DNA of 64,000 bases from Octopus vulgaris. Its lineage: Eukaryota. Each line of letters starts with the position of its first letter. Position 1 is the first letter of the stretch. Location of the stretch: contig OX597819.1 in assembly GCA_951406725.2 (NCBI GenBank), forward strand, positions 60,388,001 through 60,452,000. The letters run 5' to 3'. Below, piece by piece: positions 13,201 to 27,100 of the stretch. The notes under the pieces were generated by a model. That model was not told the DNA's origin. It worked only from the letters and a program-made list of their open reading frames with translations, and searched no databases. The position numbers were made by a program, and so were the translations under genes.

Positions 13201-16200
13201 ACACACAGCAAAGCTAAACTATGAATGGAAAAAAATTTGTACCCAAATTTAACACTAAATTAGGGGTGTGACTTATACATGAGTAAATATAGTATTTGGC
13301 TTAGGATATTTTTAATAATAATAATAATAATAATAATAATTGTGTACAGTGCTCAGGTGCACTACAACTCATCTAAAGTGTATATATAATCAGGTGTAGT
13401 TTCGACGGATTTCGGGAAGCATGAGGGCCTTAAAGGATGCAGTGTCATGGCAGTCAACAACTGATGCAGAAATATAAATAATTATGGAAAATTACCTGCA
13501 AGCCTTGTTCTTCTTTTGTCCATAAATAACGATCTTTCCCAGCCAATGAATAACAATAAAGAAGGAGACACCATATGTCATCTAGACTGTATAATCTGAA
13601 AAATAAGACATAAATAAAACTTGAACTTGGAATTTTTGAATCATTAAGTTAGTGATCATCATCCTCATCATCATCATCGTTTAACATCCACTTTCCATGC
13701 TGGCATGGGTTGGACGGTTTGGCTGAGGACTGGCAAACCAGGAGGCTGCACCAGGCTCCAATCTGATTTGGCAAGGTTTCTACAACTGGATGCCCTTCCT
13801 AATGCCAACCACTATGAGAGTATAGTGGGTGCTTTTTACATGCCACTGGCATGAGGGCCAGTCAGGTGGTACTAGCATCAACCATGCTCAAATGGTGCTT
13901 TTTATGTACCACTGGTTATTAAAACATAATATTCCGCTTAAGCTTACTGATATGTAGTCACTTAATCTACTAGAAATAGCAACCAAATCTCCTCAAATTA
14001 TACTCTAGAGGAGTGGTTATAGTTATTAGTCTTTTTAATTCTGTGGTACACTTAAGATCAAACAAAAAAATTATTATGGCACATGTTGCATGGAAAATTA
14101 GAAAAAGGACTATGTTTTAAGATTTAAAATTTGATAACAAAGAAAAATATGTCTTTGTATTTTTGATTGTACACATGTATAACAAAATAATAGGTGGGAA
14201 TTTTTTTTAAAGTTCAAGCAGTGTAAAGATTTTCTAAAGCCTTAAATTTGCTTGCTCATCCATTTTTGCATCTGTTTTCTATGCTAATATGGATTGGATA
14301 AAAATATAATATTAAAGCATTATATTACAGCTGGATGCCCTCCCTATCACTTACCCGTAGCTGTTTTTCAAGTAATCAAGCTCCAATTCCAGACATCTTA
14401 AAAGGTGCACAACCAGCAGATGATTTGCTGACAGGGAAATAAGAGTGTCGTCACTTGCAGTGCAGTGTTTTCTCATGCAAAGCATGCAGGAAGTAAACAT
14501 TGGCATAGATGAATGCACACACACACACGTGACAGGGTTTGTACAGTTTCCCCCAATCAAATTCACTCATAAGATATTTCTTATAATGTACAACTTGAGA
14601 ATGACTGCCTTAAAGTCTTAAAAGAGGCTTATTAAATAATGTAGCATTAAATAATGTAGGCCTGGATACTTCTAAAAAGATAGATGTTCAAGGCTGAAAA
14701 ACTATCAATTATAGATCTGCTGGATTAAGATTCAACTGTTGAACAAAAACAATGTGTTTCATTTGAGCCTCAGAAAATTCCGGGTTTTTTGTCTCTTAGT
14801 TCAGAATGGTTATGGTGAGACATACAAAAACATATGGAATGAAATGAAAACAAAGTAAATTTGTCATATGGTAATATAAATTCTATCACAAATTACCTTC
14901 CTTCATGAGGTTTATGTCGTTCACTTTGACACATCCGTAATATTTCAGAGATTTCACTCAAAGGAGAGACATTCTTTTCAGCTGTAGTTTGTAAAATAAC
15001 TTTTTCCATTCCTTGAAGATGTTTAAAATGACTATTAGATGGATGGTTTGACGTTTGTATAGCAGCCAAAGCAACTTGTATAGCTGCCAAATGTTTTTGA
15101 ATCACATCATATCTTCCCCTGGAAATGAAAAAAAAAATATTCTTTTTCTCTCTTTTTGCAATAAAACTTCAAGAATTTTACAGCTTTACAACATAATCCC
15201 ACATTTTACAATATTATTTGTTTGGAAAAAGAACAGAATATTACATGCAATTTTTTGAATTAAAATCATACATTTTACAGAAGTTGTCATCAGTTAATTA
15301 GGACAAAGTTGATGGTATTCACAATGACTGCCACATGTAACATTGTGCTCAATGGAAATTCTAGTGAAAACTTATTGAATTAAAATGAAGTTGCAAGAAA
15401 GTACATAAAACATTGTTGTTTGTTGTTGTTTAACGTCTGCTTTCCATGCTAGCATGGGTTGGACGATTTGACTGAGGACTGGTGAACCAGATGGTTGCAC
15501 CAGTCTCCAATCTTGTTTTGGCAGAGTTTCTACAGTTGGATGCCCTTCCTAACGCCAACCACTCTGAGAGTGTAGTGAGTGCTTTTACGTGCCACCAGCA
15601 CGAGGGCCAGTCAGGCGGTACTGGCAACGGTCACACTCAAGTGGTGTTTTTTATGTGCCACCAGCACACAGGAGTCAGTCCAGCGGCACCGGCAACGATC
15701 TCACTTGAATGTTTTTTCACATGCCACTGGCACAAGTGCCAGTAAGGCAACGCTGGTAATGACCACACTCGAATGGTGCCTTTTATGTGTCACCGGCATG
15801 GAAGCCAGTTAGCCATTCTAGCATTTAGAACAAAGAGTTTTTCTGTTAAATTCTCCCATTTTTCTAAGCCTCAGTTTCCATTAGTGACAGACCAGTTTCA
15901 TTCCTAAATGAGAAATTAAGCACTGAGCTTCAAAAGACAATGACTCCAAGAATATGCAAATATTCTAATTCATAACAGTATCCATGTTATTGTTGAAAAC
16001 TGAATGCACAAAAGTAAAACATGGTATACTGTATCCACCAACAAGGCCTTGCACTGAACACTATGTCTTAGGCTTCTTTCTCAGAATATTGACCGCCTAT
16101 AATTTTTTTGCAGTGTAGGTTTTTCTGTAGTCATTAATTTGCAACTTTCCAAGAGGAATGTGAGGCTGAATTTAAGATGTTACCAGCAGCAGTGGTTTTT

Positions 16201-18062
16201 CAAAATGGTTCATTATGACAAAATATGTAAGGCGGCGAGCTGGCAGAATTGTTAGCACGCTGGATCAGATGCTTAGCAGTATTTCACCCATCGCTACATT
16301 CTGAATTCAAATTCCGCCGAGGTCGACTTTGCCTTTCAACCTTCTGGGGTCGATAAAATTAGTACCAGTTACACACTCGGGTCGATGTAATTGACTTAAT
16401 CCCTTCCCCCAAGATTTGAGGCCTTGTGCTTCGAGTACAAAGGATTATGACAAAATATGTAGGAACCAGTGAGCTGGCACAATTATTAGCATTTTGTACA
16501 AAATTCATAATGACATTTCTTCTGGCTCTTTATGTTCCAATTTCAAATCATGCCAAGGTCAATTTTGCCTTCCATCCCATCAGGGTCAATAAAATAAAGT
16601 ACCAGTCAAATTCTAGGGTCAATATACATGGCTTGCCCCTTCCCCTCAAAACTGTTGGCCTTGAACTCTGCAACAGACCAGTGTCCTATTCAAAGTGAGT
16701 GCTGTGATCTTAGTCACTTATACACCAAAGAAGCCAGCATTGAGTCCTACAGCTTGAGGAAAAAGAAGAAAAAGTAGAGGCTAGTAATTGGTCATGACAC
16801 AATTTTTACCAATTTCCAGTGGAGGTTGGTAAAATAAGAACTGTTTAAGTAATTAAATCAATCTAATCAATTATAACCTCCTCCATAAATATGTGATCTT
16901 TTGCTTATTTTCAAAATAATTATTTCTGATGACCAGAATAAATAAAAGAAAAAGAAATCTCTAATGTAATTAATAAATTAGATTTAAACTCTTTTTCTCT
17001 AGCTATGAGTTACAAAAAAAATAATGGAATAGTTTTTAACTACTATTTTTTTAATAAAGAAAGAAACAATTTTAAATCACGACATTCATTTAGTGTTTAA
17101 ATCCTTTGAAGAATTGAAGAGAGGTAATCAATTGAGTTTAAAGATAATTGCTAGCTAAGAAACAACCAGTGCCATTTTCCAGTATTATAGACCCCTAGGT
17201 AAAAGAATGACCTGAACTCTATTGTATTTATTTATTGACTGCAAACCACAGCATACATAGAGGCTCCTGGTACTGGAAAGAATGTGTGACATGCAAACAA
17301 CCACTTCACCATGTTGCATGGTTAAATTTATGTAGAATGAAATACACAAAAATTATGTTCAGATCAATTTATGCAACCATATTTCTAATTCTGTCCTTTG
17401 AAATGAATAAATAAATATTTATTAAACTATATATTGCATTTATGAAAACTTTTTGTTAATCTTTCAAAGTTAACTTAATGTAAACTCCAAATGAAGTGAA
17501 TTTTTCTTTGTCTGATTCTAATAATAATGAGTTTATTGTATATATTGTTCAGATGCACAACTAACAATTTTTCTTTTAATGGTTTAACGATGATTACCTC
17601 CCCTGACTCTTCAGTAGATCTAAAGGATAGGTGAGGAGCTAATTTATTTGCAAAGAAAAGCTTAAAACATACTTGAACAAATTAAGTATTGATTTTATAC
17701 TGTCAACAATGTTTCGATTCACAGCGACTTTAACAGGGAGCTTTTCTTCCACTGCAGCTTGAAGAATACTGGTGTTAATCTCTGACATTGCTTCCTGTAG
17801 AGAAATTTAGTCAAAATATATATATTACAAATGCACAAACATATATTTCTAAATATCTTTCTTTGCATTTCTTTAAAATAAAACCTTACCTAATCCTCTT
17901 AATATATTGCTTTAATATTCAATGCCATATTTCATTCCATAATGGCTACCTCTGAAGAGTGCAGGGTTACATAATCAGACTGTTATCTAACATTCCATTG
18001 AACCCCTAGTGTGAAACCGATTAGTAAGATCAGCCATAATGGATATATAATACTGTACACTT

Positions 18063-18121
<59 letters not shown>

Positions 18122-21100
18122 CATCTTTTTATGTATTTCTTCTTTAAAATACTAGGTCACTTGTCAACTATTTGTAATAAAATAATTTTAAAACTATAAC
18201 CAGCATTTAGGCACAACTATGGTTGTGTTGTAAAAAAATTGCTTTGCACCCATACTGTTTCAGGTTCAGTCCTACTGTGCAGTACTTTGGGCTACTATTT
18301 TTTCTGCTATAGCCTTAAATTGACCAACAAACACCTTGTGAGTAAATCTGGTAGATGGAAACTGTGCAGAAGCTCACCAAATTTGTAACTTTGTATGTGT
18401 GTGTCCATTTGCACATGCTTGTTTGCACATCTTTGTGTTTGTCAACTGGTGTTGGTTTGTTAACATTCCCATATTCTAAGGGTTCAGCAAAAAAGAGACC
18501 AACAGAATGAAGCAGCAATCTCAAAACAACTGCTGGAGTCAATGTGATCAACTAAACCTGTTAATGTGTTGCTGCAGCATGGCCACATTCCCTTGAATGA
18601 ATCCAGTAAAAAGAAACAAAAATAATATCTGCAAATTAATATTAGCAGATATTGGTAATTTTCTAATTTACAAGACATAAATTAAGACATGGACACTAGA
18701 TTATAACACTAATTGAACAACAGAAAATAGAAATAAAACAGCCAAGGCTGTTCAAATACCTTTTGATTATTTTTAATAAGAATATTAATGAGATCCCTTT
18801 CATGCTCATCATAAGCAGAAACCAAACATCCTGGAGCAATGGCAGGTTCATCAGAAGATACTGGTTTTTCTGAAACACTATTCAAATAAACAAAATGTTG
18901 AGAAAGTCTTTTAAAATCTTCTTAAAGATTTTAAAGATACTGGGGATTTGATTTGACTATAAATATATATATTTGTAATTCCAGAGACAAATGGTGGATA
19001 TGCTAGGGAGGATTGTTTGTTTACTACTGTATAAACAATCAAATCTATTTTGCTTTCAATATATTTCCATTCTTTAATTTCATAACTGTAGACAAGATCT
19101 TGTTGAACTTTTTTAAATTTATCAATATGTTTTAGAAGGTTTGGTTGACTTTAAATAAGTGGCACGCTTCAATTGGTTGTACTTTGCAGTAATTGCTTCA
19201 TACTTGTTTGGGACTCTACATTTGATTTTAGTCCTGTATTTGCATATTACAAGGTAAAGGCAAGAAACTTGGTAACAGTAGATTTATTTGTCTTTTAAAC
19301 ACTTCTTATAACAATATTCTCTCCATCAAAAATCTATCTCATTGCTTAGCAATTCAGTAACTGCTGTTAACCCTTTTATTACCATATTTCTATTGAGATG
19401 CTCTGTGTTTCTTTCAATTACTTTAAATATAACAAAAAATTTAGTAAAATAACTTAGTTATCATTAAGCTAGTTTTAGGAACATAAATTGTGACTAAGGT
19501 TTGGTGGAAGATTTTCATTCAAAACTTATGAAAACAAGATATTTGTACTAGAGAGTCAGAAGTGGTTTCAGCCAGGTTGGTAACGAAAGGGTTAAACACC
19601 ATCAACATGAATGATTGTGATCTGGAAATAGTTAAAGTTGTTATTCTGCCCCAAGGCAGGCCTCACTCAACCAGCCCATGAACAAAAACATGATCAAACT
19701 ATCAACTTTTTTTCTAGACATAGTTTATCATGGATTTCATTATCCAACATGTTTTTCAAAGTTTAAGACAGTAGGAAAAAAAGAGTTTATTTGAATAAGA
19801 ACTGAAATAGAACTACAAACATACAAACAAAAGCAAATTCATCTTCCAACAGTTGGCATGGTGTGTCAGCATTGCAAACTATGTCAAACAAGCTCGTGTT
19901 GAATACAATGATTTCTGAACTTACTTTGAGTCTGGCCTCATGGATTCCATGTTTATATTACGGTCAATGATGTGTCCAGGTAATGAAGGTAAAATTGACA
20001 ATATTTTGTCAAAGAGAGTTTCTGTCTGATGACCGACAGCACCAACAATGTCCAAAGAACGATCCACAAAAATAACTGATGCTTTACTGGCACAATTCTA
20101 TTTCAGGTGAAAATATAAAAACATAATAGTTAAAATAAGATAGGGCTATGGTTTTTTTGTCAATGCTTTTCACAAATATCATTAATTAGTGTTTTAGTAT
20201 TAAGCTAAATATTTTACCAAGATGTGATAGAGTTAAAAAAAATGTTGTGTTAACAATTGAGGGAAACTAGATTCATAGATGGATGAAGGAAGAATGAGAC
20301 AGGATAGATGTAGTAGATGTTTAAATCATTCAGTTCTGATGAGAGACAATGTAAAACAGAGACAAGGGAAGAGATGCTACAGGGCACACCTGATCTCAGG
20401 AACTGGGCTTGATTGATGATAATATGGACAAAATAAAATTCTAACAAAAATATAGGCTCTCTTGGTGTGGAGAGGGATGGATAAAAGAATTTTGTGTGAT
20501 TGACTCATAACATACAACATTTACACACACACACACAGATTCAGTCCCACTGCATGACATCATGGGCAAACCAATACAAGTGAAGTTAGCAAAGAGAAAC
20601 TAATAAAGCTCAAGTATATGTGTGCATCAAAGGAATTCTTTGTCTGATTTTCATGTTTTATTTACTATCTTATGATAATATAATATAATATATTATCTTA
20701 TATTATTATAAGATTGTAAATAAAACTTGAAAATTAGACAAAGTTGGAATTCCTTTGATTAATATATTCTTCTATACACAATCATACACACCCATGTAAA
20801 TATACACACACACACTACATTAACTAACAAAAATTTACTTCACTCAGTTCACTTTGAGGACAACAAATGAACGGACCCTGATGAAGCTACACCAATAATA
20901 ATTCAAGGTTGCATCTACAACCACGAGTAGTCAGTGCAGTGGAAACACATATAGGTCATTATAATATGCTGTATAAAATTATAAAATAAATTCTGTGGAT
21001 GAACAAGTCACCATACTCTTTATTATTAATATTGTATACATATATATAACCTATAGCAATGAACATTGTATCCAGCTTTATGAGTAATGAATTATGATTA

Positions 21101-24100
21101 GGTGAATCATAGTCCTGTATTTGAGAGCCAATTGCCTTTGTCATAGATATGGTACACCATCAGGGTATATTTATGAACTGATGCTCCTTCAGTCAGTAAG
21201 ATGTCATCCTATTGATTTGGTCACATGTCACACTATGTTTTCCCTGTAGTCATTGACCTGCAGCTGTTTAGACTGGAAATTAGCCACATCGATAACACCA
21301 GTTGAAGAAAGCCAGCATCTCCCCTGACTAACTAATAAATGAATAAATAAATGCACACACACACCCACATACAAACATATATTTCTTACTTTTCGTCGAG
21401 ATTTTGCAGGTCCATAGTTTTCTAATTCCATAGCAATACATCGACTGGTATGTCCAATGGAATAGATGTCTTCTTTTACAGAGAGTTGTTCCAAAATGTC
21501 ATTAAATGATGACACAAACATCTGAAAAGATAGGCAAGTTACACAACTTATAATTAATTCCAAAATCAAAAATAAACAACTAGCAACTAATTTGATGAGA
21601 GATTTTAACTTTACTCAAAATAAAAACACAGTGTTTAAATTATTACTAACAATAACTCTGAGCACTTACTAACAATAACTCTGAGTACCTTTACAAACTC
21701 CACCTGTCTTACATCCATAGCACAGCTCCCATGGCTTTTGGAAACATTTTTTCATGCTAAGAGTTGCTGAAGTATGGAACAAACTGCTGGCATCAGTTGT
21801 TAGTTTTCGGAATACTGCATCCTTCAAAACTTCTATGCTTCCTGAGATTCACCAACACTACACCTGATTTTCTCCCCTCCATACACACGCGAGCATGTAT
21901 CTGACTCATACACTGTTCACTTCCCAGACATTTGTACATTACTGCATATGCTTTATATGTAATTTTGACAAGTTGTGGTGCACCTGAGAACTGTATACAA
22001 TAATTTCATTATATTATATTATAGAATAAACTACCAAACTACTGTTGTCAGTCATTAGCTGTCAGGATGCAGCATCCTTCAAAAATTCCATGCTTTCCAA
22101 AATTTGTCAACACAATTCTTGATATACCTATGCACCCTTTCTTCATCATGACTCCCTTATTGTTCACTTTTCTGTCTTTTGATGTTTTAGCCTGTGTACT
22201 GTGCCTGTACTTTTCGCTTTCATTGCTGTCTTTCTTTACTTGACTTTATTGCCGTTTTCTGTCCCCTCTTTTATTCTTTTCCAATGTGTTGTAATGTATC
22301 TGAACACAGAAAACTGTAAGTTCATCATTACTCTTATCATTCAGTAGTCTTATTTTTATTCTATTTTCATTGCACTACCAATGCAGCTGTGTACCTCGAG
22401 TATGTGCTGGGGTTTGTTTTGATGTTGTTATTTCTATTGTATTGAAAGTGCTCTACGTAAGATTGTGTGGTGCCTATCAGTGCTATTTTCTGCATATCAT
22501 ATATATTCATGTGGAGGCACAATGGCCCAGTGGTTAGGGCAGCAGACTCGCAGTCGGAGGATCGCAGTTTCGATTCCCAGATTGGGCGTTGTGTGTGTTT
22601 ATTGAGCGAAAACACCTAAAGCTCCACGAGGCTCCGGCAGGGGGTGGTGGCAATCCCTGCTGTACTTTTTCGCCCCAACTTTCCCTCACTCTTTCTTCTT
22701 GTTTCTTGAGTAACGCTGTGATGGACTGGCATCCCGTCCAGCTGCGGGGAACACATACACCATAGAAACTGGGAAACCAGGCCCATGAGCCTGGCTAGGC
22801 TTGAAAAATGCACATAAATTAAAAAAATTTTTAAATATATATTCATAAGTCTTGAGGTTTTGGTTATGTATTTGATTGCATGTTTTTTGATGATTCTCAA
22901 AGCACCTATTATCATAGGGATTGTTTCCCAGTAGCAAAACATTGCTTTTACTCTACTCCTACTAGCAACAAGAAGCTGTACCAACTCATAACACCTATTT
23001 ACAGCTAAAGAGATTTGGCCATTAAGAGCTTAATGTTTTATACATGAATAAAATTGTTTTCTAGTTATGGGTTACAAACTGATGTCTTTTCAGCTTAGAA
23101 TCAATTACTGTCAGAAACTAACAATTAAACAAAACATCTCTTAATAAAGGAAGATGAATTCTACTATAAAAGTTGTTTTTTTTTCTTATGAATATCAAAT
23201 TTTTTCAGTAGTTAAGCATCATAAATTTGAATTAGAAAATTGTTTAGCACCTACATAGCTTCCCCAGAACATCTAGAAATAAGTTGTCAAAAATAAAAGA
23301 AATCCACCGAGTCTAATGAAAATTGGTTTAAATCAAATTCTGTTTTAATTTTTTTTTTACGTATCTAAAGCTTCCAATACTATTAAATTCACTTCAATAG
23401 TAGCCAAAAATTAACAATTAACTATGAATATCATCATCATCATTTAACATCCATTTCCCATGCCGGCATGGGTTGGATGATATATAAAATGGAAACAATG
23501 ATTTTTATTCCTTTAGATCATTATAATTTGGTAATTTACTATGAAATTCCAATTGGTAAAAAAAGCAGTTATTTAGCAGCTATTCGCATTTGATACTGCT
23601 TTAATCTTCCCTTTATCTTCATCTTTTAGTTAGAATTATCTAGTTACATGAACTGTTGATTCAATATAAAATCTAAAATGTGGAGATTTAATATTATGAT
23701 AAGCAAGTCATGTTGCTTTTACAAAATTAAATTACATAAAAATAAATCTCAAAAGATTTACATACTTTGTATAATGTTTGTAAATTTCTTGGCAACTGTG
23801 AAATTTCCAAATCTGGAAGACAGCTCGTTGTTTTCTCTGGCTAAAAAAAAAAAGATAAAAAGAAAGAAAAAAAAATGAATAAGCAACAATTGCTAAATTA
23901 AATGCTAAATTATCAAAATTTCTAACGCTTTTTATGATTGCACAGGTTATATGTTTAATCTTGTAATAAGATGGTAGAAAAGAAAATTAAGAATTTTTCA
24001 TATTCATGGCTCTCTCAAGAATAACAGTGAAGAAAGACATGCTAAATCAAATGGGTACCAAAACACTAAATCTCTGTTTTATAAAACAGTCATATCTTGA

Positions 24101-27100
24101 GTCAACAAGGGAGCAGCTATATGGTCCCTTCACCAGCAGGAAACAGATTAATTACTATTTATATGAACTCATTAGAGAGGAAAACAATTAATAGAAATCA
24201 CTTTTGATGTACCTCCTTAGCAAGAGGGATTTAACTAGAATTTGTAGGTTAACCATGCTGGTCATTTAAAATACAGTGTTATAGTCTCTTTTATATTATT
24301 TTTTATAATAAAATATATTAAATATCACTGTCTCTCAGCATATATTATTTTGTACATTAACCACATCATAAATGTATGATGAAAAACTTTGGTTTTTATT
24401 AATAAATGTTATTATAAAGAATAATACCATGTATAGTACTTATGATGTACACACAAGTGTGAAACAACACTAGCTGTAATATTTTGTTTCAAAGAAACTT
24501 CTCAGTGAGTTGTGTGTTAATAAAATACATGACTCAGTCAGAATGTCATTGGTGGATTCTCAGAGATGGTGTTTCTAATGTCCAAAGGTGTCTGTCACTG
24601 AGGGGACTAAATTAAATTGAAACACTGGGTTTGATGATCTGCCAGAGACATTATGAGAAGTTTCTCTGAGACAAAATATAACAGCTAGTGTCATCCCACA
24701 TTTGTATGTAGATTATAACTGTTGTACACAGTTAACCTAATTTTAATCTAATGTTTCAAATGTATACATCAACTATTGTAAAGATGATGATAATTTTTTT
24801 AAAAATTAATATAACAGCCTGTGTTTCAAATGGAAGGCAATTTTCCCATTCTACATTGGAGTGTCCCTCATCTGGAATGCCACATGCTATGACAGTTTCT
24901 CCAACAGCAGCCTGGTATGTTCAGCTGTCAGTACAGACTTTGCTGCTCATCAGGCTTAGAAGGGCAAACTGTTAAAGCATCAGCTGTTCTCTGACAGATT
25001 TGTAGATGAGCCTGTAACAGTGGAGATCTCTAATGTATCAGCCCTTGAACCACATTCCTGCTCACCACTATTGAGGTGGAGATGGGTATCTGCAAGTGCA
25101 AGCACCATGTATCAGTGTAACTGTTCCAGAGCATCTCCTTTACCATCCTCTGGGGCCTTTTCCCTTTTGTCTGCTGGGGCCATGAGGTAGACTGACAAGC
25201 CTTTTTAGATATTACTTGTGACTTATTGTTTTATTTAACTAATCATAATTTAATAAAAATATTTATGCAATACAACATCTTTAGTAAACATTATTATCTA
25301 TAAATGTTTCAAAATCTCTCAAGTAATTAGCAAATGTTATTAAAGAACATCAAGCTTACTCTTGCAGCTCGAATACGTAGATCAATCTCTTTCACATCTG
25401 CTTTTGATAAAGGGAACATTTCAGTATATGCGGGGTTTATAAAGAGGTTTTCCCCCACGGTTATTGTGGATAATGGAACATGAGTGATGTCAACTGTATA
25501 ATTCTGAAGAAGAAGAAATATTTAGAATATAAACAAAGAAAGTAAGGCAAATATATACATATTTAATCCTGAAATATTCATCATTATTCATGTTATTTCT
25601 CTAACTTACAAAATAATGGTAAATTTCTTTCATAATCCTTATAAAAATATTTTACATAATTACTCAACATTGCCACCATTTTTTCAAGAGAAACATGCTC
25701 TCAGTTATTTTTGTCTTGAGGAAGGGCACAAGGGAACCTTTCTAATGCTAGTGCCATGATAAATGCACCCAGCACACTCTGTAGTGTAGCTAGCAAATGA
25801 AGGGATACAATGCACTGCAGAAGGGTGCTTTAGTCTTTTTGAAGACATGACAACTTCTCTAGTGATAATGACTACAATGAAATACATGTCATACAGATAC
25901 CATCATTATCCTCATTGTTTTAATATCTACTTTTCCATGCTTGCATGGGTCAAACAGAACTTGTTAAGGCAAATCCTCTATGGCTGGATGCCCTTCTTAT
26001 TGCGAATCTTCACGTTTCCAAGTATGGTAACATTTCACTATGGCTGGACATGTTTCCATGGAAGATTGGAAAGATATGACACTGCTTGTATGATGGTGAC
26101 ACTCATTTACAACTACCATAAAGACAAAGAGACACAAACACACACATACACACATGCGCGCGCACACGCACACACACACACACGATGGGCTTTTTCAGTT
26201 TCTGTCTATCGAATCCACTCACAAGTCTTTGGGCTATAGCAGAAGACACTTGCCCAAGGTTCCATACAGTAGGACTGATCTTGAAAGCACATGGGTGAGA
26301 AGTGTACTTCTTAACCACACAGCAATGCCTGTCCCTATAAACTCATATTTAATTTTTAAACAAACTGTTATACTTACAACATTTCCAAGCCACTCCAATA
26401 CATTGTCTTCAAATTGGTGAAATATTTGTTGTCCAGCTGAATTGGGTAAATCAGCTCCCTGGGAACTGCTTTTGCACAGGGCATGAGTATAGGGGCTGAC
26501 AGTTGTGATAATAATTACATATTGAAATTGGCTGGATTGGACTATATCTTGGATGACAGCAGCCGTTACATTTTGGAGAAGTGAGCTCACAATGAAAACA
26601 CCTTTCTTCTGAGAAGGAAGAGCTCTCTACAAATGAACCGAAAAAAAAAAGAGAAAAGTATCAAAATTGCTCTTATCTTTAATTATCATCAAAAATTACA
26701 CATTCTTCAAAACTATAATTGTCATTTTAAAGTAATTTTATGAGATAACCCTGTGAATTCTTTTTCAATCATCTGAAAAGCCTAATGTTATTATTGTCAT
26801 CTACTACATAATACTTATATTTCTTCATTGTTTACTTTTGATGATAGGGTTTTGTGCCTGAAATACATAAAGGTTATTAAATTTTTTCCTTGTCACATTG
26901 TAAGAAGCTCACCCTCTTCTCTGTTTTCTTGTTCAACAATATTGATTTATAGTTGATTAAAAGGAAAAGCATACTGAATAAATTTATAAATCCCTTTTGG
27001 ATTAATTACTTAACAATGAGGCTGTAATCTATTTGAATATATAATCATACCTCGAAAGAAGAAAACTCTCTAACATCATTAACTCCAGCTTTTACAAGTC

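Noticed and set aside
21105-21175. Possible hammerhead on the minus strand (CTGATGG...CAAATAC)
   Set aside because: Both core boxes deviate and there is no convincing stem II.
25847-26420. 130-aa and overlapping ORFs
   Set aside because: They lie within a family-B SINE and (CA)n repeat, with no protein-like signal.
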